Part shown: positions 19,400 to 29,017 of the stretch, in pieces
Layout of the letters: every line of letters starts with the position of its first letter
How positions within the stretch are numbered: position 1 is the first letter of the stretch
DNA from: an uncultured Peptostreptococcaceae bacterium
GTDB lineage: Bacteria > Bacillota > Clostridia > Peptostreptococcales > Acidaminobacteraceae
Reading direction: 5' to 3'
Length of the DNA: 64,000 nt
Assembly (NCBI GenBank): GCA_964424355.1
Contig: CAYRIO010000014.1
Coordinates: forward strand, 2,890-66,889
The notes under the pieces: generated by a model
What the model was told of the DNA's origin: nothing
What the model saw: only the letters and a program-made list of their open reading frames with translations
Databases searched by the model: none
Made by a program: the position numbers and the translations under genes

Positions 19400-21205
19400 T
19401 TATTGTGCCTTGTAAGCCTGCCAGAATGGACCGTCCTTATCCAGGATATCCTCCAGCTTGATCCAGGGAATGGTGAAGCTGGGCTGCCCGGCGGCGTAAG
19501 GGGCTAATTCGTACACCTGATAATAGATCTCAAGACCGCCCTCCTGAAGGCGGAAGGGGTGGTCGCCGGAAACCGGCTCCACCATCTCCGGATCCGCAAC
19601 ATCGGCCAGATCCCCCTGGGGGATCAGCTCTTTGATGGACTGGGACAGGCGCACATCGAAGCCATGATCCGGATAGAACAGGTCCTGCAGCAGGTAGCGA
19701 TCCCCGGTGTCCAGATCGAAATAGGTGGTGTCTGTCCAGGATGAACCGTGGGCAGCTCCCAAGGGATACTGGTAGCCATCGGACTGGATTTCCAGCAGAT
19801 TGCCCAGGATCCGCTCCTTGAAGCTCACGCTGGTATCCGTGGGGTTTTCCGCGTCCGGCATCTGACTGGCATAGGGCTTCAGGAATTGATCCGTGAGGGC
19901 CCCGTTGATTTTTTCTGCAGCCGCAGGATTCCCGAGGCCGGATACCACCGGATATTCCACCAGGGTGAAGCGATCGAACCGCTTGGCCTGGGTCTTGACG
20001 GTCACCTTGGGATACACGGCGATCCGTTCCTGCTGCCACAGTAGCTTTCCATCCGTTGTGTAGTAGCGGATGTCGTTATCCACCGCTGCCCGGATGAGGC
20101 TGCCCTGTTTGGTCAGGACCCCTACGCCGGGAACCCGGAACCCGGGGGCTGCCAGCGCCCCGGACCGGTCGATGAGGAAGGTGTCGGTACCGTCAGAGGC
20201 GGAAAGCGTGCCCGCATCGAACCAAGAGAGATTATAGAACTTCTCCGAGGTCAGCAGCTTGCCGCTGCCGTCCATCAGCGCCGCCTTTTGAAAGGAAGCC
20301 GCCTGATCGCTATCCAGGAAGCTCTGTGTCACCGCTGCGTACAGGTCCTCCCCCAGATACAGGAGTGCCCCGTATGCCATGGGAACCACGAATTCCCCCT
20401 GGGTGTTGACCAGTCCGCGCAGGGGGCCATCGCCGCCCCACTGACCGGCAACCGCCAGACCCTTGTGAAACTCGCCCACGTCATCCATGGCGGCCTCCAG
20501 GATAACGGCCCCTGTGGCATCCACATAACCATAGCGCAGGAACCCTTCTTCATTGGGGATGCCATGGACATACAGGCCTTCCCCGGCACTCCACATGGAT
20601 TCATAATCAAACGCTTTCAGAACAGCCCCCTTGGGGTCGATGAGGCGGTACGCCCCATCCGGTGTCTTTACCAGGGCTTTCCCCTGAACAAATTCCCCGG
20701 CTTCCGTGTACTGGGGGGCAATGACATCCTTGCCGGTGGCATCCGCATAGCCGAAGAGCCCATCCGGATTCTGCACCCCCACCAGTCCCTCTTTATAGTA
20801 GCCCGTGATCCCCGTCCGGGTGAAAAGCACCTTCCCGGCAGGATCCAGGACATCATACTCCTTATAATCCACAGTGGCTACGGCCAGCCCTTCACTGTAG
20901 GGCGCCAGGGAGGCGTATTTCGGTTCCAGGACCACTTCGCCCTGGGCATTGATGAGCCCCATGAGGTCTTTCCGGGTCACAATGGCCACGCCGCTGGTGT
21001 TGAAGGGTTCGGCGAACTGCCACGCCGGCGGTACGGCAAATTTTCCCGTATCGTCGATATAGCCCCAGAGGGTTTCGCCGTTCACCGGCTGCGAGGCCGG
21101 GTAAAGCTTGATTTCAGCTGTCGTTTCCTTGTCCGGCTGCGGGGTACAGCCCGCGGTCAGAACCAAAGCCAGGAGAAGGATGAAGGAAAGGATCCGCTTG
21201 TTCAT
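19400..21205 (-). CDS. WG-repeat lipoprotein with a DUF3298-like C-terminal domain
   Basis: The ATG at 21205 follows GAGGTG. The lipobox is LTAGC. Repeated G(Y/L)(I/V)D..GK..(I/V)P.(Y/F) units are present. Confidence 0.75.
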   Translation of the reverse strand: MNKRILSFILLLALVLTAGCTPQPDKETTAEIKLYPASQPVNGETLWGYIDDTGKFAVPPAWQFAEPFNTSGVAIVTRKDLMGLINAQGEVVLEPKYASLAPYSEGLAVATVDYKEYDVLDPAGKVLFTRTGITGYYKEGLVGVQNPDGLFGYADATGKDVIAPQYTEAGEFVQGKALVKTPDGAYRLIDPKGAVLKAFDYESMWSAGEGLYVHGIPNEEGFLRYGYVDATGAVILEAAMDDVGEFHKGLAVAGQWGGDGPLRGLVNTQGEFVVPMAYGALLYLGEDLYAAVTQSFLDSDQAASFQKAALMDGSGKLLTSEKFYNLSWFDAGTLSASDGTDTFLIDRSGALAAPGFRVPGVGVLTKQGSLIRAAVDNDIRYYTTDGKLLWQQERIAVYPKVTVKTQAKRFDRFTLVEYPVVSGLGNPAAAEKINGALTDQFLKPYASQMPDAENPTDTSVSFKERILGNLLEIQSDGYQYPLGAAHGSSWTDTTYFDLDTGDRYLLQDLFYPDHGFDVRLSQSIKELIPQGDLADVADPEMVEPVSGDHPFRLQEGGLEIYYQVYELAPYAAGQPSFTIPWIKLEDILDKDGPFWQAYKAQ

Positions 21206-21237
21206 GGAGTCACCTCGACGTGATTTTGGGGGCATCG

Positions 21238-21274
21238 GTAAAAAAAGCCGATTCCCTCTTACAAAGAAATCGGC
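21238..21274 (-). terminator. rho-independent terminator of ptsI
   Basis: The stem AGCCGATT / AATCGGCT is followed by T7 on the minus strand. Confidence 0.6.
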
Positions 21275-21280
21275 TGGTGA

Positions 21281-23014
21281 TCATTGCATGCATTCTCCAG
21301 CCAATTCGTAGGCCTGAAGCTTGACGGTACGGAGGAAATCCTTGACGCTTTCAGCATCGCCCAGGGCCATGGCCTCCTCCACGAAATGGGTGAGGTTGTC
21401 CATGCGGTGCCGGCTGATCAATTCCCGGGTACGGAGGATCTGGGGCGGATTCATGCTGAGCTCCTGAATGCCCATGCCCAGCCATAGTGGAATCAGCTTC
21501 TGAACGGAAGCGGCCTCGCCACACATGCTGACCCAGATGCCCGCCTTCCGGCCATTCTCAACCGCCAGACGGATCAACCGGAGCACCGAGGGCTGATACG
21601 GGGTCAGGAGGCCTGCCAGTTTGGGATTGGTCCGATCTGCGGAGAGGGTGTATTGATACAGGTCGTTGGTGCCGATGCTGAAAAAATCCACTTCCTTGGC
21701 CAGGATATCTGAAATCATCGCCGCCGAGGGAACCTCGATGAGAATACCCACCTCAATGCGCTCCGCTACCGGGATACCCCGGCGCTGCACCTGCTCCACG
21801 GCTTCCTGAAGCATGATCTTGGCCCGCCGGAGCTCTTCCAGGGTGGAAACCATGGGGAACATGATTTTCAGCCGTCCGTGGGCACTGGCCCGGGCCAGCG
21901 CACGCAGCTGGGTCAGGAACAGGTCCCTGGCCTCCAGGCAGTACCGGAGGGAACGAAAGCCCAGAAAGGGGTTCTGTTCCTCCTTGAACTGGATATAGGA
22001 AAGCTTCTTGTCCCCGCCGATGTCCAGGGTGCGGATGGTGACCGCTTTTTCAGGATACGCTTTGACAATGGCACTGTAGGCCTGATACTGTTCCTCTTCG
22101 TCCGGAGCGAATTCCCGGTCCATGTAGAGGTATTCCGTACGGTACAGTCCCACACTCTCGCCGTCGTTGCGTTCCACGGCTGCCAGGTCCAGGGGGGAAC
22201 CGATGTTGCAGGTCAGTTCGATGGGCTGCCCATCGGCAGTCAGGGTCGGCACGCCCACCAGGTCTTTCAGGCGGGTCCGGGTGATGAACTCGCAGTTCAT
22301 GCGGTTGGTGAACACGTTGAGCATGCCGGGATCAGGGCTCAGGTGGAACTCCCCGGTATGCCCGTCCATGGCCACGGTATCCCCCTCAGAAAGCTTGTCG
22401 AAAAGGGGCCCTGCGCCGACAATCGCCGGAATTTCCAGGGATCTTGCAAGAATCGCCGCATGGGTGGTGGAGCCGCCGATCTCCGTGATGATGCCGATGA
22501 TGCAGCCATCCCGGATGTGCCCCATTTCAGTGGGGGTCAGATCGTGGGCGATCAATATGGAGGGCTCAAGGATTTTACAGGGGTTGAAAGGGTCCTGGTT
22601 CTGAAGAAGCAGGATCAGATGCTCCCCGATTTCCCGAACATCAGCCGCCCGGGCCATCAGGAAGGGGTCTTCCATGCTTTCGAAAATCCGGGCAAAATCC
22701 TCAACGGTTCTCTGAACCGCCCAATCGGCATTGACACATTCTTTCCGAATCCGTTCCTCTACCCGGGCACGGAAATCCGGGTCGTCCAGGATCATCCGCT
22801 GGGCTTCAAAAATACTGGCGCCCTCATGGCCCACTTCCGCATGATTTCTGGCCGCCAGGCCTTCTACCAGCTTTCTCGCCCGGCCAAGGCACTCTTCCAG
22901 CCTGGACAGCTCCAGCCCGCAATCACGGCTGGGCTCTTTTGTAACGGGACTCGATTCCGGTTTTATGATGACTTTCCCGACGGCAATGCCGTAGGACGCT
23001 GCAACGCCTCTCAT
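21281..23014 (-). CDS. ptsI: phosphoenolpyruvate-protein phosphotransferase (PTS enzyme I)
   Basis: GGSTTHAAILARSLEIPAIVG is the active-site His region, and FFSIGTNDLYQY is present in the PEP-utilising domain along with a conserved Cys region. The ATG at 23014 lies 5 nt after GGAGG. Confidence 0.9.
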   Translation of the reverse strand: MRGVAASYGIAVGKVIIKPESSPVTKEPSRDCGLELSRLEECLGRARKLVEGLAARNHAEVGHEGASIFEAQRMILDDPDFRARVEERIRKECVNADWAVQRTVEDFARIFESMEDPFLMARAADVREIGEHLILLLQNQDPFNPCKILEPSILIAHDLTPTEMGHIRDGCIIGIITEIGGSTTHAAILARSLEIPAIVGAGPLFDKLSEGDTVAMDGHTGEFHLSPDPGMLNVFTNRMNCEFITRTRLKDLVGVPTLTADGQPIELTCNIGSPLDLAAVERNDGESVGLYRTEYLYMDREFAPDEEEQYQAYSAIVKAYPEKAVTIRTLDIGGDKKLSYIQFKEEQNPFLGFRSLRYCLEARDLFLTQLRALARASAHGRLKIMFPMVSTLEELRRAKIMLQEAVEQVQRRGIPVAERIEVGILIEVPSAAMISDILAKEVDFFSIGTNDLYQYTLSADRTNPKLAGLLTPYQPSVLRLIRLAVENGRKAGIWVSMCGEAASVQKLIPLWLGMGIQELSMNPPQILRTRELISRHRMDNLTHFVEEAMALGDAESVKDFLRTVKLQAYELAGECMQ

Positions 23015-23233
23015 GGGGACCTCCGGTGTGCACTGGGTGCACCTGTATGAAAATGCCTGTATCGCTGCAACAAGCACGGTTTAAGCCTGTTTCGATACAC
23101 GAGCGGTTACGAAATTAGTGAAACTCTCTCACTTTTCATTATAGACCAATCCCAAAAATATAACAGAGGGGTTCGCGTTGGAAACGTTTGCAGAATGCGG
23201 AATGCTCTAGGGATGTTTGTGGGTTTCTCCCCC

Positions 23234-23262
23234 TTGACACACCGCGTCATCCCATCTATACT
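23234..23262 (+). promoter_or_regulatory. sigma-A type promoter of the metal-efflux operon
   Basis: TTGACA (23234-23239) and TATACT (23257-23262) are separated by a 17-nt spacer. Confidence 0.6.
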
Positions 23263-23274
23263 GAACTCAGAAAC

Positions 23275-23294
23275 ATATGAATACATGTTCATAT
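23275..23294. promoter_or_regulatory. ArsR/SmtB-type operator (inverted repeat)
   Basis: ATATGAA-TACATG-TTCATAT is a perfect 7-bp inverted repeat. It lies between the -10 element and the RBS of the ArsR-family gene and resembles CadC/CzrA-type operators. Confidence 0.6.
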
Positions 23295-23312
23295 ATGATA
23301 AGGAGCACGCTG

Positions 23313-23690
23313 ATGAAACCACCAGTAACCTGTAGTTGCACCATCCTCCATGAGGATATCATTGAAAAAGTCCGGCAGGATATGCCGGAAGAAGGGTTGC
23401 TCTATGATCTGGCTGAGCTGTTCAAGGTCTTTGGGGATTCCACGCGGATCCGGATCCTTTATGCCCTCAGCGCTTCGGAGATGTGCGTATGTGATATCGC
23501 CGCGCTGCTGAATATGACACAAAGTGCCATTTCCCACCAGCTTCGGATTCTGAAAGCCGCACGGCTGGTAAAACACCGCAAAACCGGCAAGGTGGTCTTC
23601 TACTCCCTGGACGATTCCCATGTGGCCCATATCTTCGCCCAAGGCCTTGAACACGTGAAGGAGCAAGGAAGAGGTGGCAACTATGAATAA
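23313..23690 (+). CDS. ArsR/SmtB-family metalloregulator (CadC-like)
   Basis: ELFKVFGDSTRIRILYAL..MCVCDIAALLNMTQSAISHQLRIL is the winged-helix region. The CVC pair and N-terminal cysteines (TCSC) resemble CadC. The ATG at 23313 follows AAGGAG. Confidence 0.85.
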   Translation: MKPPVTCSCTILHEDIIEKVRQDMPEEGLLYDLAELFKVFGDSTRIRILYALSASEMCVCDIAALLNMTQSAISHQLRILKAARLVKHRKTGKVVFYSLDDSHVAHIFAQGLEHVKEQGRGGNYE

Positions 23691-25788
23691 CCTCACCCGT
23701 AAGACCTATACCCTGGGGGGCTTGGGCTGCGCCCACTGCGCCGATAAGATCCAGCAGGGATTGACCCAACTGGATCCGAACGTCCGGTTCCTCCTCAACT
23801 TCTCCACCGGCACCCTGGTTCTCGAGACCACCCAGCCCGAAGGGATTCCGCATTTGATGGCCCAGGCCCAGGCACTGATCACCGGTATCGAGCCCGGTGT
23901 AACCCTCCGGTCCCAGGAGCTCGCGAAGGTCCCGGAGGTCAAAGCCCTGCCCATCCTGGAGTACCGGTTGGGGTTCGCCTTCCTGCTATTCATCCCGCCC
24001 CTGCTGCTTCACCTGGATTCCTTCCTTGAAATCACACTGTACCTGGCTGCCTACGGCATCGCCGGCTATGATGTGATCTGGAGGGCCCTGCGCAACATCG
24101 TCAAGGGCCATATGCTGGACGAGCATTTCCTGATGGCCATCGCGACGATAGGCGCCCTGGCGGTGGGGCAGCTGGCAGAGGCGGCCGCGGTGATGCTGTT
24201 CTACCAGGTAGGAGAGCTGTTCCAAGGGCTGGCGGTTCAAAAAAGCCGCCGCTCGGTGAAGGCCCTGCTGACCATGAAGGTAGAAGAAACCCGGGTCCTT
24301 GAAAACGGCATTGAAATCCTGAGACCGACCGAAGAGGTCCCCATCGGGACTCTGATTGCGGTAAAGCCTGGCGAGCGCCTGCCTCTGGACGGCGTTGTTG
24401 AAGTTGGTGCCGGAACCCTGGACACCTCGGCCCTGACCGGCGAATCCCTCCCGCGAGAGGTTCAGCCTGGGGAGGAAGTGCTCTCTGGAAGCATCAACCT
24501 GACAGCGCTCCTGAAGATCCGGGTGACCCGGCCCTATACAGACAGCGCCGTGGCGAAGATTCTCCATCTGGTGGAGGATGCCACCAGCCGGAAGGCTCCC
24601 ACGGAGCAGTTCATCACCCGTTTTGCCCGGATTTATACCCCTGCGGTGGTCGCCGGGGCCGCTGCCCTGGCATTTTTCCCGCCCCTCTTCCTGGGCTGGG
24701 AGCAATGGCCGGTCTGGCTCTATCGCTCCCTGGTGTTCCTGGTCATCTCCTGCCCCTGCGCCCTTGTCATTTCCATCCCGCTGGGATTCTTCGGCGGGAT
24801 CGGGGCGGCCTCCAAGTCCGGGATCCTGGTGAAGGGCAGCAACTATCTGGAAGCCCTGACCCATGTGGACACCGTGGTGTTCGACAAGACCGGAACCCTG
24901 ACGGAAGGACGCTTTACGGTGTATGCCCTGGAGCCCGCAGCTGGATATTCCGAGGAACAGCTCCTTGAGCTGGCCGCAATCGGCGAAAGCGCGTCCACCC
25001 ACCCCATCGCCCGCAGCGTTGTCAGCGCATGGAAAGGCCCCCTGGATCCAAACCGTTTCTCCGCCGTATCTGAAATCCATGGGCAGGGGGTTCGGGGACA
25101 GTTTGACGGACAGCCGCTGCTGGTGGGCAGTAAAAAACTGCTGCTGGAGGCCGGTGTGACGGGCGGCACCGATACCGGGAAGGGTACCGCTGTCCACGTT
25201 GCCCTGAACGGCCATTACGTTGGCCGGATCCAGATGCGTGACCAAATAAAACCCGGAACCGCCGAAGCCCTGAAAGCCTTGAAAGCATCCGGGGTGCGAC
25301 GACTGGCCCTGTTGACCGGAGATTCCCAGGAAGCCGCCTGGACCATTGCCCGGGAGGCCGGTATCGAAGAAGTCCATGCCGAGCTGCTGCCTCAGGACAA
25401 GGTGACCGTTCTGGAATCATTGATGAGCACGCTGCCCGCCGGAAAGAAACTGGTGTTTGTGGGCGACGGCATCAACGATGCCCCGGTTCTGGCCCGGGCT
25501 GATATCGGCATCGCCATGGGAGGCCTTGGCTCCGATGCCGCAGTGGAGGCTGCCGATGTGGTGCTGATGACCGACGAGCCTGCCAAGGTGGTTGAAGCCC
25601 TTCGGATCGCCCGCTTTACGCGGCAGGTCGTGATGCAGAACATCGCCCTGGCATTCGCCGTGAAGGGGATTGTGCTCCTGCTGGGGGCCGGCGGACTGGC
25701 CACGTTGTGGGAAGCGGTCTTCGCCGATGTGGGCGTTGCCGTGCTGGCAATCCTCAACGCCATGCGGGTGATTGGAAGTTCAAAATAA
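23683..25788 (+). CDS. cadA: heavy-metal (Cd/Zn/Co-type) P1B-type ATPase
   Basis: An N-terminal GCAHC metal-binding site is present, with the CPC transmembrane motif, DKTGTLT and GDGINDAP. The gene overlaps the regulator's stop. Confidence 0.9.
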   Translation: MNNLTRKTYTLGGLGCAHCADKIQQGLTQLDPNVRFLLNFSTGTLVLETTQPEGIPHLMAQAQALITGIEPGVTLRSQELAKVPEVKALPILEYRLGFAFLLFIPPLLLHLDSFLEITLYLAAYGIAGYDVIWRALRNIVKGHMLDEHFLMAIATIGALAVGQLAEAAAVMLFYQVGELFQGLAVQKSRRSVKALLTMKVEETRVLENGIEILRPTEEVPIGTLIAVKPGERLPLDGVVEVGAGTLDTSALTGESLPREVQPGEEVLSGSINLTALLKIRVTRPYTDSAVAKILHLVEDATSRKAPTEQFITRFARIYTPAVVAGAAALAFFPPLFLGWEQWPVWLYRSLVFLVISCPCALVISIPLGFFGGIGAASKSGILVKGSNYLEALTHVDTVVFDKTGTLTEGRFTVYALEPAAGYSEEQLLELAAIGESASTHPIARSVVSAWKGPLDPNRFSAVSEIHGQGVRGQFDGQPLLVGSKKLLLEAGVTGGTDTGKGTAVHVALNGHYVGRIQMRDQIKPGTAEALKALKASGVRRLALLTGDSQEAAWTIAREAGIEEVHAELLPQDKVTVLESLMSTLPAGKKLVFVGDGINDAPVLARADIGIAMGGLGSDAAVEAADVVLMTDEPAKVVEALRIARFTRQVVMQNIALAFAVKGIVLLLGAGGLATLWEAVFADVGVAVLAILNAMRVIGSSK

Positions 25789-25795
25789 AACGCAA

Positions 25796-25841
25796 GCAAC
25801 CTCTGATTCGTCCCTTGGGACAGTTCAGAGGTTGCTTTTTA
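25796..25841 (+). terminator. rho-independent terminator of cadA
   Basis: The arms GCAACCTCTGA and TCAGAGGTTGC form a perfect 11-bp stem, followed by TTTTTATT. Confidence 0.8.
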
Positions 25842-25861
25842 TTCGCCGATGCCGCATGCGG

Positions 25862-26161
25862 TTATTTTTCGCCGATCACCCGGTCTAAAACCATGTTGTA
25901 TCCCCCGGGCCCGTGGTGGAGGCATTTGCTGATCCGGCTGATTGTCGCGGTGCTGACGCCGGTTTTTTCTTCAATATGTGAATAGGTCATGTTCTCTTTG
26001 AGCATGCGAGCCACCTTGAGCCGCTGGGAGATGGACTGCAGTTCCTTGATGGTACAGATATCCTCGAAGAACCGGTAGCATTCCTCTACGGTTTTCAGGG
26101 TGAGAATGCCTTCGTACAGTTCCTCGATCAGTTCATCTTTAAAGGATGATTCATACGTCAT
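25862..26161 (-). CDS. YerC/YecD (TrpR-like) family DNA-binding protein
   Basis: ISQRLKVARMLKENMTYSHIEEKTGVSTATISRISKCL is typical of the family. The ATG at 26161 follows AAGGAGG. Confidence 0.8.
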   Translation of the reverse strand: MTYESSFKDELIEELYEGILTLKTVEECYRFFEDICTIKELQSISQRLKVARMLKENMTYSHIEEKTGVSTATISRISKCLHHGPGGYNMVLDRVIGEK

Positions 26162-26232
26162 GGGAATAACCTCCTTGCCCAGCTCGGTCAATGTCAGCAC
26201 GATTCCAACGGATCACATGGGGCTCCCAGACA

Positions 26233-27672
26233 CTACGCTTCCCGCAGCTCCCGCTTCATGATCTTTCCGGTTGCAGTCTTGGGTAATGAATCCATCAGGA
26301 TGATTTCCTTCGGCAGCTTGAAATTCGCCAGATTTTCCTGAAGGTAACGCATCAGGGCTTTCCGATCATACACTGCGCCCTCCTTGAGGGCGATGTAGGC
26401 ACAGACCACTTCGCCCCGGAGCTTGTCCGGAACGCCGATGACCGCCGCCTCCTGTATGCCCGGATATTGATAGAGGACTTCCTCCACCTCCCGGGGATAG
26501 ACATTGAGTCCGCCGACGATGATGATATCCTTGAGGCGGTCCACGATGTAGATGAAGCCGTCTTCATCCATCCGGGCCAGATCCCCTGTATGGAGCCAGC
26601 CGTCTCTAATGGAATCCGCAGTCGCCTCCGGCTGATTGAAATACCCCAGCATCACATTGGGACCCCGGGTAACCAGCTCTCCCACTTCACCCGCCGGCAG
26701 AACAACCCCTTCAGGGCTTTCAATCCGAACGGCAATATCCTGAAGTGGCAACCCGATGGAACCGGGACGCACCCGACCGACACGGTTGACGGTGACAACC
26801 GGAGAGGCTTCCGACAGGCCATACCCTTCGGTGATATCAATGCCGAATTTCTGTTTGAAGCTGCTGATGATCTCGCCGGGCAGGGACGCCCCGCCTGAAA
26901 CAAAGATCCGAACGGTTTGGTACGCTTCCGGAGAGCCCAGGGACAGATAATACCCGAACATGGCCGGAACCCCGCATACGATGGTGACCGCTTCTTCTTT
27001 GATGGTTTTGACGGCGTCCTTGGGCTGGAAGGTTTCCATGATGGTGATGCTGCTGCCCAGAAGCAGGGCATCCATGACCGTGACCGTCCAGGCAAAGCTG
27101 TGGAACATAGGGAGCACACAGAGGATATTGTCGTCCCCGTCGATCCCCAGGGCCTCGCTGATCCCCCAGGCATTGCTGGCCAGGTTGGTATGGGTCAGCA
27201 CCGCCCCTTTGGGCCGTCCGGTGGTGCCGGAGGTATAGATGATGACCGCGGGATCCTCCGCGTGAATGTCCACAGGAGCTGCTGCGGGGAACTCCTTCCG
27301 GGCCACCGCTTCCAGAACGTCCGGCATCAGGAGCTGGCGGATTTCAGTGCCCAGAGCCAGGGGCGTCATGGCGATGAGATGCTTCATCCCCGCATCATCG
27401 GCAATGAAGGAAACCTCACGGGGTGTCAGGGTCCGGTTCAGCGGAACAATGACCGCCCCCAGACTGACCACTCCGAAATAAGCATACACGAATTCCGGAC
27501 AGTTCTTACAGTAAAGCCCCACATTTTCGCCGGGACGAACGCCTACATAGTGGAAATAATCGCGAAACTGTCGGACTTTCTCACGGAATTCGCCATAAGT
27601 GGTGGTTTGACCATGGTCCCGAAAGAGGATCCGGCCGCCGTCGTGATTTTCATACATCTGATGTATCAGCAT
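26233..27672 (-). CDS. AMP-dependent acyl-CoA synthetase/ligase
   Basis: YTSGTTGRPKGAVLTH is the AMP-binding motif. YGLSE, TGDLARMDEDGFIYIVDR and a C-terminal PKTATGKI are also present. Confidence 0.85.
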   Translation of the reverse strand: MLIHQMYENHDGGRILFRDHGQTTTYGEFREKVRQFRDYFHYVGVRPGENVGLYCKNCPEFVYAYFGVVSLGAVIVPLNRTLTPREVSFIADDAGMKHLIAMTPLALGTEIRQLLMPDVLEAVARKEFPAAAPVDIHAEDPAVIIYTSGTTGRPKGAVLTHTNLASNAWGISEALGIDGDDNILCVLPMFHSFAWTVTVMDALLLGSSITIMETFQPKDAVKTIKEEAVTIVCGVPAMFGYYLSLGSPEAYQTVRIFVSGGASLPGEIISSFKQKFGIDITEGYGLSEASPVVTVNRVGRVRPGSIGLPLQDIAVRIESPEGVVLPAGEVGELVTRGPNVMLGYFNQPEATADSIRDGWLHTGDLARMDEDGFIYIVDRLKDIIIVGGLNVYPREVEEVLYQYPGIQEAAVIGVPDKLRGEVVCAYIALKEGAVYDRKALMRYLQENLANFKLPKEIILMDSLPKTATGKIMKRELREA

Positions 27673-27696
27673 GGGTGTACTCCGTTTCTATGAGTA

Positions 27697-27740
27697 AAAG
27701 TAATGGGGGTGGATCGGCATGCCGGCTCCCCCCATTTTTT
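27697..27740 (-). terminator. intercistronic hairpin (possible attenuator or terminator)
   Basis: AATGGGGG...CCCCCATT encloses the palindrome CGGCATGCCG and lies immediately after the stop at 27741. The T-tract on the minus strand is weak. Confidence 0.35.
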
Positions 27741-28991
27741 TTAAAGCCGTATGCGCCGGGCCTTCAGAAGGGTTTCCATGATATCGTTGATGACCACCAT
27801 GCCCAGGAGCTTGCGGTTCACATCCACCACCGGGACTGCCATGAGGCTGTACTTGGAGATGATTTCATTCAGGGAATCGATCTTATCGGTATCCTGCGCA
27901 AAGACAATGTTCTTGTTCATGATCTGGTTCAGCTTCACATCCGGCTCGGAGATGATGATATCCCGGAGGGATACCGTGGAGATCAGCCGTTCCTCAGAAT
28001 CCACGACGTAGAGGTAGTAGATCATGTCGGATTCAGGCTTCATCTGCCGCAGTTCCTTGATGGTCTCTTCCACGGTATGGTTTTCGAAAAAGCAGAAAAT
28101 ATCCGTGGACATCAGGCTCCCCACCGTATTATCCGGATATTCCATAAGCTCCCGGACATCCTCCGAGGACTCCATATCCATTTCGTTGAGCAGCTCCTCC
28201 GCTTTGGACTCATGGAGCTCATCCAGCAGGTCCGCCACTTCGTCCGCCGGCATTTTTTCCAGCAGGTCCGCCGCCTTTTCAACGGACAGCCCTTCGATCA
28301 TATTGATCTGAGCCTCTGTCTCCAGCTCTTCCAGTACGTCGGCCGCCTGTTCGTCATTCAGAGACGAGAACACCGCCATCTGGGTGGGCCGGTCCAAATC
28401 CTCCAGAATATCCGCCAGATCCGCCGGATGGAGCCGGGCCAGATTGGAATGGTCCTTGGAGTGCCGGATCGCCGCATGGCCAAAATCCACCGCCTCCACT
28501 TCGTCCCAGGGGATCAGGTGGGTCGGCACCGCGGCTCCGGTGAGCTTGGCCCACCGTTTTGCCTGACGATCCAGGCCCCAGCGGCGCAGGCGCCCTTCAA
28601 TACCCGTATCGATGGCAGTGACAAACGTCCCTTCGGCGGACACCGCCATTTTCAGGTCGATGACCTTCACCATCCTGCGCCCCTGCAGATCCACCACGTT
28701 GTGATCCAGGACCCGTTGTCCCAAAAGCACCGTCTGGTCCGTATCCAGATCTATTTCCACCAGGGACTGGCATATCAGTACCATCTCCCCATCCCGCTCC
28801 TCCAGGGTGCATCCCGAAAAATCCATGGTCCGGATATCTCCCTGAACCTTCACCACCAGGGCAACCACCTTGGGCCGGGTCTGATCCATGGCAACGACCA
28901 GGTCCTTCACCTTCCCCAGGACCTTGCCGGAATCGGTACAGATGGATTTTCCAAGTATCTGGCTGAAAAACCAGCTTGCAATGACCGTCAT
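27741..28991 (-). CDS. soluble PRC-barrel / MgtE_N / CBS-pair protein with no transporter domain
   Basis: The MgtE N-domain signature LHPADLADILEDL...ADVLEEL...ADLLDEL is followed by two CBS motifs. No hydrophobic C-terminal segment is present. Confidence 0.75.
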   Translation of the reverse strand: MTVIASWFFSQILGKSICTDSGKVLGKVKDLVVAMDQTRPKVVALVVKVQGDIRTMDFSGCTLEERDGEMVLICQSLVEIDLDTDQTVLLGQRVLDHNVVDLQGRRMVKVIDLKMAVSAEGTFVTAIDTGIEGRLRRWGLDRQAKRWAKLTGAAVPTHLIPWDEVEAVDFGHAAIRHSKDHSNLARLHPADLADILEDLDRPTQMAVFSSLNDEQAADVLEELETEAQINMIEGLSVEKAADLLEKMPADEVADLLDELHESKAEELLNEMDMESSEDVRELMEYPDNTVGSLMSTDIFCFFENHTVEETIKELRQMKPESDMIYYLYVVDSEERLISTVSLRDIIISEPDVKLNQIMNKNIVFAQDTDKIDSLNEIISKYSLMAVPVVDVNRKLLGMVVINDIMETLLKARRIRL

Positions 28992-29017
28992 TTCTATTCC
29001 TCCGTTAAGGGCAAAGC

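Noticed and set aside
23986-25377. A 463-aa ORF antisense to cadA. Similar long antisense ORFs occur at 27675-29159, 31856-33436, 21878-23050, 16663-17625, 20288-21223 and 26917-27693.
   Set aside because: They lie entirely opposite genes with strong family motifs. Their products are Gly/Arg/Pro/His-rich and low in complexity, they lack RBSs, and such ORFs are typical frame artefacts of GC-rich coding DNA.
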